Both the position numbers and the translations under genes were made by a program. A stretch of DNA of 64,000 bases from the human T2T-CHM13v2.0 reference genome, Homo sapiens. The notes under the pieces are model-generated. The model searched no databases and had not been told where the DNA came from. It worked only from the letters and a program-made list of their open reading frames with translations. The DNA is taken from NCBI RefSeq assembly GCF_009914755.1, contig NC_060938.1. The stretch is one strand, 5' to 3'. Shown one piece after another: positions 13,075 through 28,853 of this stretch (positions are counted from its first letter, which is position 1; each line of letters begins with the position of its first letter).

Positions 13075-13480
13075 ACATTTCAGAAAAATGTTGACTAGAA
13101 CAGGTGTTCAATCTTGTAACCTGACATTAAAGAACTTCCCTCAAACCAACGTTGATCTACTAAAAATGCATGTTTCCATAAAATTGTTTGATAATTTTGA
13201 GTCATTAAACTTACTGTTATCTATCCTATTTCTCTCCAAGTTATTTCAAAGGATATCACAGGAAAGAGTTAAAAGTCTTAATAAAATCCTTATATATATA
13301 GGACAGTCCTCTTAACTACAGTTTAGCAGCCCTGTAAAAGAGATAATTAGATTGATTTGACATATGTTGTTACAATCATGCAGCTTCCCTATGTGCTCCA
13401 AAAAAATTCATCCTTTTAATTAATCATTAGGTAATTTTAACAGGAATTGACATTAGGCCCACCTATAGTTGCCTTTTAGA
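13075..13480 (-). mobile_element. Ancient CR1/L3 reverse-transcriptase remnant
   Basis: Minus-strand remnants resemble RT motifs YLDFSKAFD (IYKDFIKTFN) and PVLFNIF (cctgttctagtcaacattttt). Confidence 0.5.
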
Positions 13481-14576
13481 AAGTATTCATTGCTGCCTGA
13501 AACCCAGAGTGCTTATTAAAATCTAGTCACATTTAGGACAGAATTTCACAGATACAGGGTACTACTGGACTTTCATTGATGGCTCTGATATATCTCTGTT
13601 ATTATACCATTGGTAACTTGTATATACATGTGGGATGAGTTGGCACCTTAGAGATGTTGCCTCATCCAAATTATTGGCTACCTTTAATGATCCTAAATCT
13701 TGGCTTTATATCAGTTAAATAGTCTCCTAAGAATAGATGCCCTGGGAAACATCTAACTAGACCTGAGGTGTCTAATTAGGGAGTTTGATATCTCTGATAT
13801 CAGCTAGTAGCTTGGCCTTCCAAGGTTTTACAATTACAGTGGTCAATCAGCAGTTTTTGTTTAAGATCAGAGAAGTTGAAACACGACAGTGACAAGGAAT
13901 GGGAGTTTGTCAGAACAGTAGCAGAGTTGAAATTTAAATGCATATTTGGGAAAGAAGAGATGTTGACTAAAGTTGCTGACCCAAGAAAAAAGAATTTGGT
14001 TCTGAAATAAAGCTGGAGAGGCAAAGTTGGGACAAGTATATTTCTATATTTCTTAGTATAAGATGTCTGGACATGATGAAAGATTTAGAAATTTAAATGA
14101 AAAATGAATAAAGGAGTTTCTTTAAAAAAAAAAAAAGCTGGCAATAAGACTAGGAATGTCCCTGGATATCTGGGATTTCCTTCCTGTTAATAATACACAG
14201 AGCCTGGTGATTCTTTCCTCTTACATCTCTTCTTACTTTCTGAAGATAAACTATTTCAAGCAGTTTGGATCTGTGAAGGGTATGATGAATAAACATGTTC
14301 TTCAGCTTTAACAAAGGTATAGAGATTGCAGGAAGTGAACAGCCACTTTAAAAAATGAAGAGAATCCCAAATGTGTAAAATAATACACTCTAAAAGGAGT
14401 GCTCTGTAACCCAGGAATGACTGAATTTTTTGAGGCGCTGGTGTGAATCTTTATGAAAGGATGTGTATCAGACACCGCAGGATAGCTCACCTAGGCACAT
14501 TGCCAGATACCCTCCCACCTTCCTCTTCCATAGAGGGGGATGTATTGATTAAAGAATCTCCAACTCTCCATTGCAG

Positions 14577-14578
<2 letters not shown>

Positions 14579-14622
<44 letters not shown>
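14579..14622. repeat. (TG)22 microsatellite
   Basis: Direct reading. Confidence 0.98.
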
Positions 14623-14623
<1 letters not shown>

Positions 14624-14642
14624 CTCTGGTATATCTCTGTGT

Positions 14643-14863
14643 ATGGTTGCTTTGGGTATTGTTAGAGGTCAGTTTTTCCTATTGTGCATGCCCAGGATAC
14701 ACGACTTCTAGGCCAAGGGCTCCCTTGCTTCTGAAGGAGTTCTGACATTCAGGTTCTGGTCATGCCCTGATCTTCTTAGTTCCAAAGGGAGGAATGGTTG
14801 CTTTGGGTGTTGTTAGAGGTCAAAGTTTTTCCTATTGTACATGCCCAGGCCACATGACTTGCA
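14643..14863 (+). repeat. Local iterated copy of part of the 16566-17077 LTR
   Basis: 14643-14707 matches 16930-16996, then 14705-14863 matches 16842-16999. Confidence 0.93.
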
Positions 14864-16334
14864 TGCTGTAAACTCAGAGCCAGCACATTCCTTGCTATTT
14901 AAATTGCTGGACAAAATACAACAGAGAAAATATATCCTTATTGTTCACTCTGTAATGTATTCAACAAGCAGTCATTAAGCTTTGTAAAGAAAACATTACT
15001 AGATGCCTGCTACTATGGTAGATGGTGGAGCTAAAATGATGAGCGAGACAAAGTCTCAGACCCAAGGAACTCATTATTTATTCTGAAAAACAGAGTAGTA
15101 GTGCTCAAAGTTGTAAATGTTAGGAGAAGGGCAAGAAGAGAGTATATTACAGGGTTCTGTTCTGGGATAGGGGAAGGAAAGGTTTGCAAAGATGGTGACC
15201 ACTAAGCTGACTCTGAAAAAAGAAATTAAAGTTCACCAGATGGTCAAGAGAGAATATGGCTTTTGGAAACACTGTGAGCTAGCTGAATTTGCTCAGAGTG
15301 CAATAACTTTCAGTTTTTGCTACTTACTGATTTATATAGAACAGTCTAAAAAATGACAATAGTTGATCACTGGATCATTAATTTCCTGCATTACTGCTTC
15401 AGTTACTCCAAAGAAACTTGCATTTGTCTCATTCACCAAAGGCAATGCTGTGGTTTGGCCTTCTTTATATATTAAGACAAACTTTAGGATGTTCATCATT
15501 GACCTCAGGTTCCTTTGCATTAAGCCTGGTATAAATTACTGAGAAAAAAAAATTAGCTAATGAAGAAGAAATGTAGAAATGTCCTATCATTCCTTTTTCA
15601 TTCCTCTGGCTCTGAAAAAAAATTCTAAAACCAGCCTGGAGCTATTTTTGGACAATCATAATATATCCAACATAGAAAAGTTAGAACCCCAATTGATCAA
15701 AATGACATTTTACTATAATGGAAAGAAAAATGCAAACAGGCTAACTACCCGCCAATTTGGTGTAATAAATTATGGTGCATCCACATGACGGAAAATTATT
15801 CATTCTCTAAAAATGATCATGAAGATGATTACGCATGGCATGCAGGAGAAGAAAATGCAAAAAAAATTATATATTATGATTGCAGTAAAATGCAAACACA
15901 TGTGAAAATGTTACCTGGAAATAACGTGAAAAAATCTTAAATGAGTAGTTGTGGTGGTGAAATATCATAAATATTTTTCTTTTCAAATTTTTCCTTAATA
16001 CTACTGATGGTTCATCTTTCAATTTTTAAAAGATAGATGTTTTATAAAGAGTGCTCCAAGTGTGGTCTGACCAGTTGCTGAATTGAGTAAGTCCATCATC
16101 TTCCCTATACTTCATGCAAGGGCTTGGGCTGAATGCAGCCCAGGACCACGAGCACTCTAACATGTTACTGAGCTCAGTGACAACAACAAAAATATTTTAT
16201 TTTATACTTTGTGGTGCAAAAAAAATTTTAATATAGAACCTTTCCTTTAACCTCATTAAAACTTTCTTTGCTGTATTAGAACCACACTTCTATCTGTTGG
16301 CGTATATTTGGCTAACACAGGAAGAATAAGACAA

Positions 16335-16540
16335 TAATTAAGAGCACAGCCAGCCTTCTTTCTTCTGGTTGCATTATCTTGGACAAGTTACTTAGCTTCT
16401 CTGTAGTTCCCTGTCTTGTCAGTAAAGGGGGATAACAATAATTGTGTCTACTTCATGGGGTTGTCATAAAGATCCAATGCGATGACCCATGAAAAGCTTG
16501 GCCTGTGGCACGTGCTCCATCAGTGGTAGCTATTTATTGT
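16335..16540 (+). mobile_element. MIR
   Basis: ttggacaagttacttagcttctctgt...ggggataacaata...ggggttgtcataaagat. Confidence 0.75.
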
Positions 16541-16565
16541 CCTTAGACTTTTAAAAGTGTCCTTA

Positions 16566-17077
16566 TGTTATCAAGCAAATAGGCTCACTTCCTTAAGTGC
16601 ACAGAAGCCAATACTATGGCACCAGCTTTTGAGAAAAGAAAGGCATTATTGCAAAACTGGCCAGCAAGGAGACAGGAGTGGGAGTCAAATCTATCTCCCC
16701 AGTTTGGGATCTGGGATAAGTTTTAAGGGTTCAGAGGGTAAGGGAAAGGATTTAGGAATGTTGGCTTGGCAGAGTCTGATTGGAGGACCTCAAATTTGAA
16801 CACTTACATAAGGTATGTTGAGGCAGATTTTAGCACCAGATCTTCTAGGCCAAGGGCTCCCTTGCTTCTGAAGGAGTCCTGACATTCAGGTTCTGGTCAT
16901 GCCCTGATCTTCTTAGTTCCAAGGGAGGAATGGTTGCTTTGGGTGTTGCAAGAGGTCAAAGTTTTTCCTATTGTGAATGCCCAGACTATATGACTTGCAG
17001 TTTTGGGCTCTGTTATACCTACAAGGTAACCTGATGTTCTGTTATCAACAGAGTAGGCCCAGTTTGGGATGACGGTA
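16566..17077 (-). mobile_element. ERV1 (MER4-group-like) solo LTR
   Basis: tgttatcaagc...gaagccaatactatggcaccagcttttgagaaaag; 4-bp TSD ctta at 16562-16565 and 17078-17081. Confidence 0.8.
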
Positions 17078-17309
17078 CTTACCCCCAACTCATGTAAAAG
17101 TTAGAATTACATTGTATCTGGCTCGTGTCCTATCCTGCGTGAACCACATTTTCTTTGAAAAGTCTCATTTCACAGAACCATGCCCATCTCCTATATGAAA
17201 TTTTTCAAATTTGAATTCCTACATGTGAGGTTCGTGTGGCATGATTCTAGCCTTCCTCCTCTGTGACAATCCTGAACTGATATGAAACTGTATCTTTCCT
17301 TTCTTCTAA

Positions 17310-17850
17310 ATTAAAAAAAAGATATATGGATATACAAAAGAGTATAAAAATAAAGCCACCCTCCTCCTCTCCCAGAGGCAAACATTATTACGTGTTGTGT
17401 GTATCCTTTGGAAGTAGTCTATGCATTTTCAAGCATATTCACACTTGCATACATATACCTGTGTACATAGCACATTTTTAACCCAAATTGAATCACACCA
17501 TACACACTGTCCTACAAGTTGCCCTTTTACTTAGCAATATGCCTTGGAGACTGTTTCATAAAAGCACAAATAACACCTCATTTTTGTTCACAGCTGCACA
17601 ATTTTCCATTGTATGAAAAAAATCCCAATTTTTTCACCAATTTCATATTGATGTTCAAATGTTTCCATTCTTATGTTATTATAAACATGCTGCAATAAAT
17701 ATCTTTTGCCACATATATACATATTTTATATAGTATATAAACAACTGTAGCACATACATAATTTTGTATGCTCTTTTTTCCACATATACATTTTGGAAGT
17801 TTTTGCTATTATAGATAAAGCAAAATAAATATCCTCATTAATTCAAATGT
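17310..17850 (-). mobile_element. L1ME-type 3' fragment
   Basis: ttatgttattataaacatgctgcaataaatatc is antisense old L1. Confidence 0.6.
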
Positions 17851-18008
17851 TATAAGAAAATGACATTTTGATTAATTGTGATACTAGCCTTTGTGGGTAT
17901 AGGATATATTAGAGTTGTCTAGACAAAGCTTCCAGCAGATTACAGAATTCCGCAGAGCCAATGAAATAAGAAAAAAATTGAATGAAATACTTCGTGTCCT
18001 TAGCAAAC

Positions 18009-18397
18009 TGTATTAGGCTGTTCTTGCACAGCTATAAAGAAATACCTGACACTGGTAGTTTATAAGAAAAGAGGTGTAACTGCTCATGGTTCTGCAGGCT
18101 GTACATGAAGCATAGCAGTATCTGCTTCTAGGGAGACCTCAGGAAGCTTCCAATCATGGTGGAAGGTGAAGGGGGAGTAGGCACATCACATGGGAAAAGC
18201 AGGAGCAAGAGGGCGGGGAGGTGCCACACACTTTTGAACAACCAGATCTTGTGAGAACTCACTATTCTAAAGATAGCACCAAGCCATGAGGGATCCACCC
18301 CCACGACCCAAACACCTCCCATCAGGCCCCACCTCCAAGAGTGGGGATTACAATTCAACATAAGATTTGGGCAAGGACAAATATACAAACTATATTG
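18009..18397 (-). mobile_element. MST (MaLR) solo LTR
   Basis: tgtattaggctgttcttgc...gctataaagaaatacctga; 5-bp TSD caaac at 18004-18008 and 18398-18402. Confidence 0.92.
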
Positions 18398-19449
18398 CAA
18401 ACTATTTCTGTCAGTGACAAACCAGAATTGTTAAGAAAAGAAACTTAAGGTCAATATCTCTGTTATAGCAAATGTACAAAAACATCTATTAAATTCCTAG
18501 AAATGTAATTGCTGATTTAAAGAATACAAGCATTAGTTGACATATATAGTCAAACTATCCTCTAAAGAGGTTGTTATATACGGTAGCCATCTGCCTCAAG
18601 TTTCTTATTATTTATCCATTACCAACAAATTCTATTATATAGACAAAGTTTGATCTAGGGCATCATTTCTTGTATTTGATGCCCTAACATTCTGAGAGGT
18701 AAGTCAAGAATTGTTCCCTGCACTGTTCATAGCCAAACAAGGCTTTGGGAAGAGTGCAAATCCATCAGTATTCGTTTCACCAACATTATTTAAGAATTGA
18801 CTGTCAGGTTCTAAGGGAATATCTGGAAGATCTAGAAATTTAAAATAAGGGTGGCCCTGATTCTGCAGTGTCATTAGTTCATGCTTCTAATGGCGAATCA
18901 GCTTAACCATTTGGATCTGATTTGTTGGTTAGTGTCTCTAGACTGTAATGCTAGTTAGTAAAAACCAAAATTGATTTCCAATTTTGTCAGCAGGTTATCC
19001 ACTCTGTAATTGCCTAAGACACGAAAGGGAGCTTCTAGGGCAGAAAAGCAAAGGCTTGTTTGGCTCTTTCTGGACTACAGATCTTAACTTCTATAGCACT
19101 CCTGTGACAAATACTGCTGCCAACAGTTTGCTGCACTGTATCCATCCCTTATACAGAGTCCAGTATAAGAGACTATACTATTAATTCACTAACTCACCAA
19201 AAATGTGTAAGGACCCACTATGCCAGACTCTGTTCCAGTGATGTGAACAAACCACACAAAAATCACCACCCTCCTGGAGCTTACATTCTGGTAAAATAAA
19301 ATAAACAAAATAAGTAAAATATATAGGATGGTAAGAAGTGCTATGAAAAAAATATATAATTTTTAAATTAAAATGGAAAATCCAAACAGGATGGGTGGAT
19401 TCTATCAATGTTAATATACTGGTTGTAATATTTTTCTATTGTTTTGTAA

Positions 19450-19866
<417 letters not shown>

Positions 19867-20947
19867 TAAACTTAAATTTTATGGTCTAATTTTAGGTCTA
19901 ATTTATATAGTGCTGTCAGGTAAGTACTGAAAGGTAACACAGAGTAAAGACCTGAAGTCAGTGGAAGAGCAAGAGATGTGGTAATATGGGGTGACAGTAT
20001 GCCAAAGGAACCAGAAGAAACAGACAGAACAGGCCAGCAAAGTCCAGGACACAGCTACTAATGAAGTAGATGTCCAGAGAGGAGTGGCTGGACAGAGTAG
20101 AATGAGGAGACAGGTCATTGTATAGACTTTGGCTGTTACTCTGAGTAAGAGGGAAAGCAATTGGAGCACTCTGGGCAAAGGAGAAGCACAATCTGACCTA
20201 AAGTTTCATTAGTGTCATTCTGGCTGCTATGTTGATATAAGACCATAGAAACTAATAGATGAACCACAGTCTCAGGACATGGATGGCATTTTGCTGAATC
20301 ACTCAAATGCCAAAGTAAAATGCTTCTGTCCATGCCATTGACTTATACCAGATCCTGAAATGAAACCCAGTGAGTTTCCTCTGATACATAAGAAATACTG
20401 TGATGAAATGTACCCCAGCCCGGAAAACTATAAGATGAATTAAAATATCTGAATGCTGTGCATAAACTCCTCCTATGATGTATCCTAGGATGTATGCTTT
20501 GCTTATATTTTTTAAACCATCAATACTAAAATTCCATAGGAGAGTAGGTCTAAGCAGTTATAATGAATAAAACGTTCCTTTGAAAAACTATGTTTCTTCT
20601 CTTTCCAGAAGAATTTTTACAATAAATATTATTTTGCTTTTTATGTTTTAAAAGTGTCTCCTGAATTTGACATTTGGAGAATCATACATGGTCTTTAAGC
20701 ATATGATGGTACAGTGAAAAATAAAGATGTAAATAGAAGAGATACTCTCTTCTTTTGAGACTAATAAATTTAAGAAGAAAGCGGTAATTGATCATTTAGA
20801 TGAAGACTCTGCAAGAGGCTGGTTTTCATCAGCAGTTTTTCTTCAAGATTGGTGACATCTTTAAATTATTGAAAATGGGAATGTAAATGGTAGCTTACAT
20901 TCTGTAAGATTCTGGCAACTAGAAATTTCTATCAACTGGTATCTTTA

Positions 20948-21265
<318 letters not shown>

Positions 21266-22581
21266 ATAAACCCAAAGTACAATGATAATTCACATTCATA
21301 ATGCTCACATGAGGAAATATCCTGAAACACCTTCTGAATTACATAAGAAAAACTGTGTTCGATACAGAATTTTGAATATGTTATTAATTTTTAAGAAAGT
21401 ATGCTTTTAAATTGTGTGTAGTATGTTTGATAATAAGCTATTAGCCAGAATATTTCATTACTCAGAACAACATATTCTCCCCCATCTGTGTTGGTTTACT
21501 GTATACAATTTCAGACATAAAATTTCTAGACTAAAGCTGTAAAATCTGGTCACTTAATATTTGTAGTAAAAATTTTTATTAAAACTGATTACTATAGAGG
21601 CAATCAGAGAATTTCTGTAAGGAACTTTATTTCACTTAACTCAACAGCACCACGTTTTACAAATAAGAATTATCCAAAAATGTTAATACATACAATTAGT
21701 TGTAGAGCTGGGATAAGATCCTAGTTTTTCCTGACTTCTAGAGTAGCATGCATTCCCTCCACCACACTCAAACATGTACCATTTTATTTTTTATAAATTA
21801 TAGTACTAGAGAATACAACAGGATTCCAGTATATCCTGTTACTTGGCCTACCAATAGTCTCGTATTTTTTGTTAGTGTATTACCATTATTTTAATATTTT
21901 TAAAAATCTAAATAATCTCCATTTGGAGATCAAGATCAATGATTCATTGTATATAAAAGTGTCAACTGATGTGCTCTCCAACTCGCAACAGGTACAAAGT
22001 AACTATAAATAACAATACTATTGTACTATGCAAAGTTTCTCTTGCAAGAGTAATTCTTATTCTAGGACCAAGACTTTCCAAAGCAGTAGAAAAACAATAT
22101 GACAGAGCTGAAATTAATATGTGAATTCAGTCTAGGAATATACATTCATACATTATAAAAGTAAAGAAAGTGAGGACAATAAAAAACTACTTTTTGAGAG
22201 AAAAATGAGAGCTCACTATTAATAATATTATAGTATCTGCAAAGGAAAAAAGTTATTGTTCAAAAACTTTTCCTCAGTTATGAAATAGGAGAGAAAATTA
22301 TTCAAAGATGAAGAAGTCAGAGAAAAATATCTGGAGCTTGCTTATAATATTTCTCATCCTTCTCTCAAATAGCAGTGTAAATAAAAAACTCTCAGCAGCT
22401 GGAAAAATCTGCACAGAAAATAAGGTGACAACTCCACAATAACATATGTAAACATTTCCTTTTTAAAATTCACATTTTTAAGATAGATTTTTAAAAATCA
22501 AATGTTTATTTTATTTTTAAATTTATGTGTATGTCTAATTTTTATGTGTATGTTTTTCATACTTAATTTTTTAATGTGTAC

Positions 22582-22584
<3 letters not shown>

Positions 22585-22612
<28 letters not shown>

Positions 22613-22897
22613 AGGAGAGACAGGATCTCACTCTGACACCCAGGCTATAGTGCAGTGACACAATCATAGCTCACTGTAGCCTTGATCTCCTGGGCTCAAG
22701 TGATTCTCCTGCCCCAGCCTCCCAAGCAACTGGGACTACAGGCATGCGCCATCATGCCTGGCTAGTTTTTTTCTTTTTGTTAGAGACAGGGTCTCCCTAT
22801 GTCACCCAGGCTGGTCCAGAACTCTGGGCTTAAGCAATCCTGTCACTTCTGCCTCCTAAAATGCTGGGATTGCAGGTATGAGCCACCATGCCTGGCC
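22585..22897 (-). mobile_element. AluJ with (TA)n(GA)n tail
   Basis: ctcctgggctcaagtgat and atcatagctcactgtagc. Confidence 0.92.
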
Positions 22898-23261
22898 CTA
22901 TATTTTAAATATATCATAAAATATCTTCATTATCATGTTTAAGTTATTTTAAGAATAATATCTTCTTTTTATTACCTTATGTGCTAATAATTTATATTAA
23001 ATTTATAATGCTTAATGTTTACATTTTATAAATTTACATTTTACATTTATTGTTTATATACTTATTTGAAATGAATTAAACATTTAATTTTAGTAATTTT
23101 TATTTTACTTCTAAAATACGTAAATAGAATATCATCATTCATTCTGTATACCAAATATACAAACATTAAATAGTCTTCTTAAAACACTGTCATGCTCATA
23201 TGTTGGGCATATTCTTCAACATAACTTGGGACTTCCAAAGCAAGTTATAAAAGATTGAATT

Positions 23262-24240
23262 AGCCAGGCACAGTGGCTCACACCTGTAATATCAAAACTT
23301 TGGGAGGCCAAGGTGAGAGAATGACTTCAGCCCAGGAATTTGAGACTAGCTTGGGCAACATAGGGGGCCCCCCATCTCTATAAGACTGTAGGCTTGCACT
23401 TATAGTCCCAGCAACTCGGGAGGCTGAGGTGGGAGGATCACTTGAGTCCAGAAGATCAAGGCTGTAGTGAGCTGTGATCCTGCTGAAACGGGCCTTGTTG
23501 TCTGAGGTGGCACCTGAAGTTCTTGGTGTCACGGCCAAGAAAATGAAGGATGCAGACACTCCAAAGGTGAGGTTGGAGCAGAAGTTTAATAAGCGAAAGG
23601 AGGAAAGCTCTCTGGAGCAGAGAGGGGTCCCAGAAAGATGGATTGCCATTTTACAGTGAAGTGCAAGGGTTTTTATAGGCAAGCTGGAGGGGAGGGGTGT
23701 TCCATTTGCATAAGGCACAAATTTCTGAGTTCCCACCCCACTCTTTCTAGTGCCCATTCAGCTTCTTAGCCTGAGTTACTCCATGTTGTTTATCTTTTCC
23801 TGCTGCGCATGTGTAAAAAAGGTGGGGGAGGGGTGGGGAAGGGGGCGCGGGGGCGCCGGGGCGCCAGAACACCATTTGGTGTTCTTATTGGTGCTGCTGC
23901 AGGCACTTCCCCTGCACAAGCCTCCTTGTCTGAGTATTTCCGGGAAGACAGGGGACTGTGCTTACTGAGGTCCACTGTATGTCTGTATGTCACACAGGAG
24001 ACCCCTTTCTGTGTTAGAGCTTGCCTTCATTAACTGTGTTTGCAGCCTGATCTCTCAGGCTGCTCTTTGCTGAAGGAGAAATGACCTCTTGGGCTGCTTT
24101 TTATTAGAAGGGAATTCTACCGAGGACCCTTGCCCTATCTGCCTAGTTGATTTCTCTCTCTCTCCTCTCACACTGCTGTACTCCAGCTGGGGTAACAGTG
24201 CAAGACCCAGTGCCAAAAAAACAAACAAACAAATAAAGAA
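23262..24240 (+). mobile_element. AluJ split by an LTR (23262-23483 and 24171-24240)
   Basis: Alu stops at gtgatcctgc and resumes at cactgctgtactccagc. Confidence 0.9.
23484..24170 (-). mobile_element. ERV1 solo LTR (MER50/MER61-like) inserted in an Alu
   Basis: TG...CA ends; minus-strand CCAAT (~23890), cctataaaa TATA (~23670-23678) and attaaa poly-A signal (~23585-23590). Confidence 0.85.
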
Positions 24241-24370
24241 ATGAAATCAAGAAATAATAGCGATAGAAAAAAGAAATAAAAGCTATAAATCTGTAAGACT
24301 CTCCCTTCCAGCCGTGATTGAGGAACTGGTCCTGGGCTAGTCTTTCAGGCATAAACAAATACAAAACTCA

Positions 24371-24767
<397 letters not shown>

Positions 24768-24823
24768 TCAGAAGACTGTGATCCTTAAAAGGACTGTGAT
24801 CCCAGCAAGAATTGAAGCAAATG

Positions 24824-24893
24824 TGCAGTAAGCCGAGATTGCGCCACTGAACTCCAGCCTGGGCAACAGAGCGAGACTCCATCTCAAAAAAAG
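24824..24893 (+). mobile_element. Severely 5'-truncated Alu with 17-bp TSD
   Basis: TSD aagaattgaagcaaatg at 24807-24823 and 24894-24910. Confidence 0.95.
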
Positions 24894-26284
24894 AAGAATT
24901 GAAGCAAATGAGGTGAACCCACAATTGCTCTGCCTTTCTGCTTGGAGGTGCATTTCAGGGCACAGTGCCGGGAGGGGAGGCCCAAACTCAGCAGTTTTGC
25001 CAAATGGTGGAAACAGATGTTAGAATTCAAAGCCACTGAGGCTCCTGAAGCCTTCAGGGCAGGGTCACAGAGAAAAGGGAGCTGAATAGAAAAGAAACTC
25101 CAGATAGCTGGATAGGATAACTCGCATTTTGAGCCCAAAAATAAGCAGCACGTGCCTAGGATGAGGCTTTACAAAAGTAGGCAGCAAAGAAATACCAAGG
25201 AAAGATCAACTATGTGCTGGGAAAAGAATAATTACTGGAATCTGGAAGTTGAACAAATACTGGAGCTCACACAGAGAGAGGAGATATTCTAGCTCTGATT
25301 AGCCACAGCAGAGAGACCTCATTGAACATCCCAGGCTTTCAACAGTAAGACCAGGCTTTCCAGCAAGACCAGGTCTTCAACGTGGAGCTAATCTAGCTCT
25401 AAAGTAAAGGCAATTCTAGAGCCAATAATAAAACTAAAAGACAGATTTGCAAAAATCAAGCTGATCCACGAGTAAATTAACTGCTTGCTGGAACAAACTT
25501 CAACATTCTATTAAAGAAAACCACAAATTCCACACACTCAGTGATGCACCATTCATAATGTCCAGTATACAATAAAATTTTTTTTACTAGACAATCTAAG
25601 AAACAGGAAATTGTGACCTTAATCAGACAAAAAATCATCAACAAAATAGATTCAGAAACGATAGCAATTTTCAGCAAATAATTTTAAATAGCTGTCACAA
25701 ATATGTTCTGGAATATAAAAAGAAACATGAACATAACACAGAAACAATCAGGAATATTAATACAAAAATAAAAATACAGGAAAACAACCAAATGGAAAAT
25801 CTACAATTAAAAATTCAATATCTGAAATTTTTTTTAAACTCACAAGATGGCTTAATAACACATTTTACAGTGAAAAAAAAGGACCAGTGAACTTGAAAAT
25901 GGGCAATAGAAACTATCTAAGCTGAAACACAAAGGGACAAAGGCTAATAAAAATGACCAGTGTCTCAGTAGCCTTGTGTGCTTATAACTGGAGGACCAGA
26001 GGGGTACAAGATAGCAATTGGGGCAGAAAAATATTCAAAAAATGGTCAAAATCTTTCCAAATTTCACAAAAAAATTAAATTCAACAATCCCAAGCAGTAC
26101 ATACACACACCCCCCAAAGCACACCATAATCAAATTTCTGAAAGAAAAAAATCTTAGCCAGGGAATGAAGACACATTACATACCAGAGAATAACGAAAAG
26201 TATTTCAACTGACTTGTCAGAATTGATACAAGTCGAAGACAATGGAGCAACATCTTAAGGTGCTGAATGAAAAAACAGCCTAGA

Positions 26285-26607
<323 letters not shown>

Positions 26608-27589
26608 CTACTAAAAATGTCCTTCAAAAATGTAACTGAAGTAAAGACATTTTCAAATATAGGGTAGGAGAATTCACAGCAGCACTTCAGTATTCCAAGT
26701 AACATTAAAGGAAATTCCTCAGGCTGAAAGAAAATAATATCAGATGGAAACTAGAAAGAATAAAAAGCAGAAGAAATGGTAAATATATGAAAAATTTAGG
26801 AGATTTTTTCTCATTTCTTAATTTCTGTAAAAGATAATTGACTGTGACTGTTTAGAGCAAAATAATAACAGGGTATTTGTAGGTTATAACTTACAGAAGT
26901 ACATTCTATAATTATAAATTGTAGGTTGTAAGGTGAATTATATATAAAGTGGTACAATATTATTTGCAGGGAAGCTGGCATACATTTAAGATACATACTA
27001 TAAAGCATGGTATAGCCGTGGAATAGAATTAAAGAAGTATAACTAATAAGAAATAGAAGAGATAAAATGTAATTTTTAAAATACTTCTAAAAACACACAG
27101 AAAAAACTCAAATAACGATGGAACAAAGAGAAAGCAAATAGCAAAATCATACATTTAAACCAAACTAAATCAATAACTACATTAAAAATAAATGGAATAA
27201 ACATTTAAGTTAAAAGGCAGAGGTAGTGAGACTGGTATTTTTATTTAAGCAAGATCAAATTATTTGCAGTTTACAAGAGACATACTAAAGAATATCTAAA
27301 TAAATTGAGAGATATACCATGATCATAAATTGGAAGACTCAATAGTGTTTCAAACATTCTCCAATCTCCTCATGCCCCACTCTCTTTTAGTCTCTCCAGA
27401 TACATTGAATCTGACTTTTCAGAGAAAATGGAACTATCTTAACTTCTGATTGTAAATATATAAACTTACCTACATCTGTTCCCATCTATCCTCCTTCTTA
27501 CCCATTAAAATAAAGAAACACTCTGTCCTCCTATACAGGATTAATCTCTCCACCTGTGCATTCTTTAATTCTTCTCAAGTAACTGATTA

Positions 27590-28328
<739 letters not shown>

Positions 28329-28477
28329 TAATTTGGTTCCTATGTCCTGTCATCTACAATCCTAACTCCCTACCTCTCTCTCTTTCTTCACAATCAAAGT
28401 CACCCCCATCCACACTGGCGATCATTCTCTCCATGAAATACACTCTTCACTTGCCTTCTGGTCTTCTCACATCTCTT

Positions 28478-28853
28478 GTTATGAACTGAATCTTTGTATC
28501 CTCCTCTCAAAATTCATATGTTGAAGCTCTAACCCTCAATGTGATGGCGTTAGGGGGTGAAGCCTTTGGGAGATAATTAGGTTTAGATGAGATTCTGAAG
28601 GTGGAGCCCCAGTGCTGGGATTAGTGCCCTTGTGAGAAGAGGAAGGGACACCATAGCTTCCTGTCTTCACTACTGAGGATACTGCAAGAAGGGCAACCAT
28701 TCGCAAGCCAGGCAGAAGGTCTTCACCAAAAATTGAATCTTTTGATGACACCTTGATCTTGGACTTCCCATCCTCCAGAACTGTGATGATAAAATGTTTA
28801 TTGCCTAAATAACCCAGTCTATGGTATTTGTTATAGTAGCCTGAGCTAAGATA
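28478..28853 (+). mobile_element. MLT1A-type solo LTR
   Basis: tgttatgaactgaat...aaattcatatgttgaagctctaacc...gctaagata. Confidence 0.88.

Noticed and set aside
12980-13120. Exon-like minus-strand segment after ttctttaatgtcag
   Set aside because: Better explained as a CR1/L3 RT remnant (PVLFNIF-like motif) abutting an L1
22240-22410. Minus-strand acceptor sites with IFPAAESFLFTLL frame
   Set aside because: No convincing donor or homology, so left out of the fossil-gene model; worth including in a tblastx search
25330-25381. Three short ccaggctttc-type repeats
   Set aside because: Ordinary slippage duplication inside an old L1; no unique spacers, not CRISPR-like
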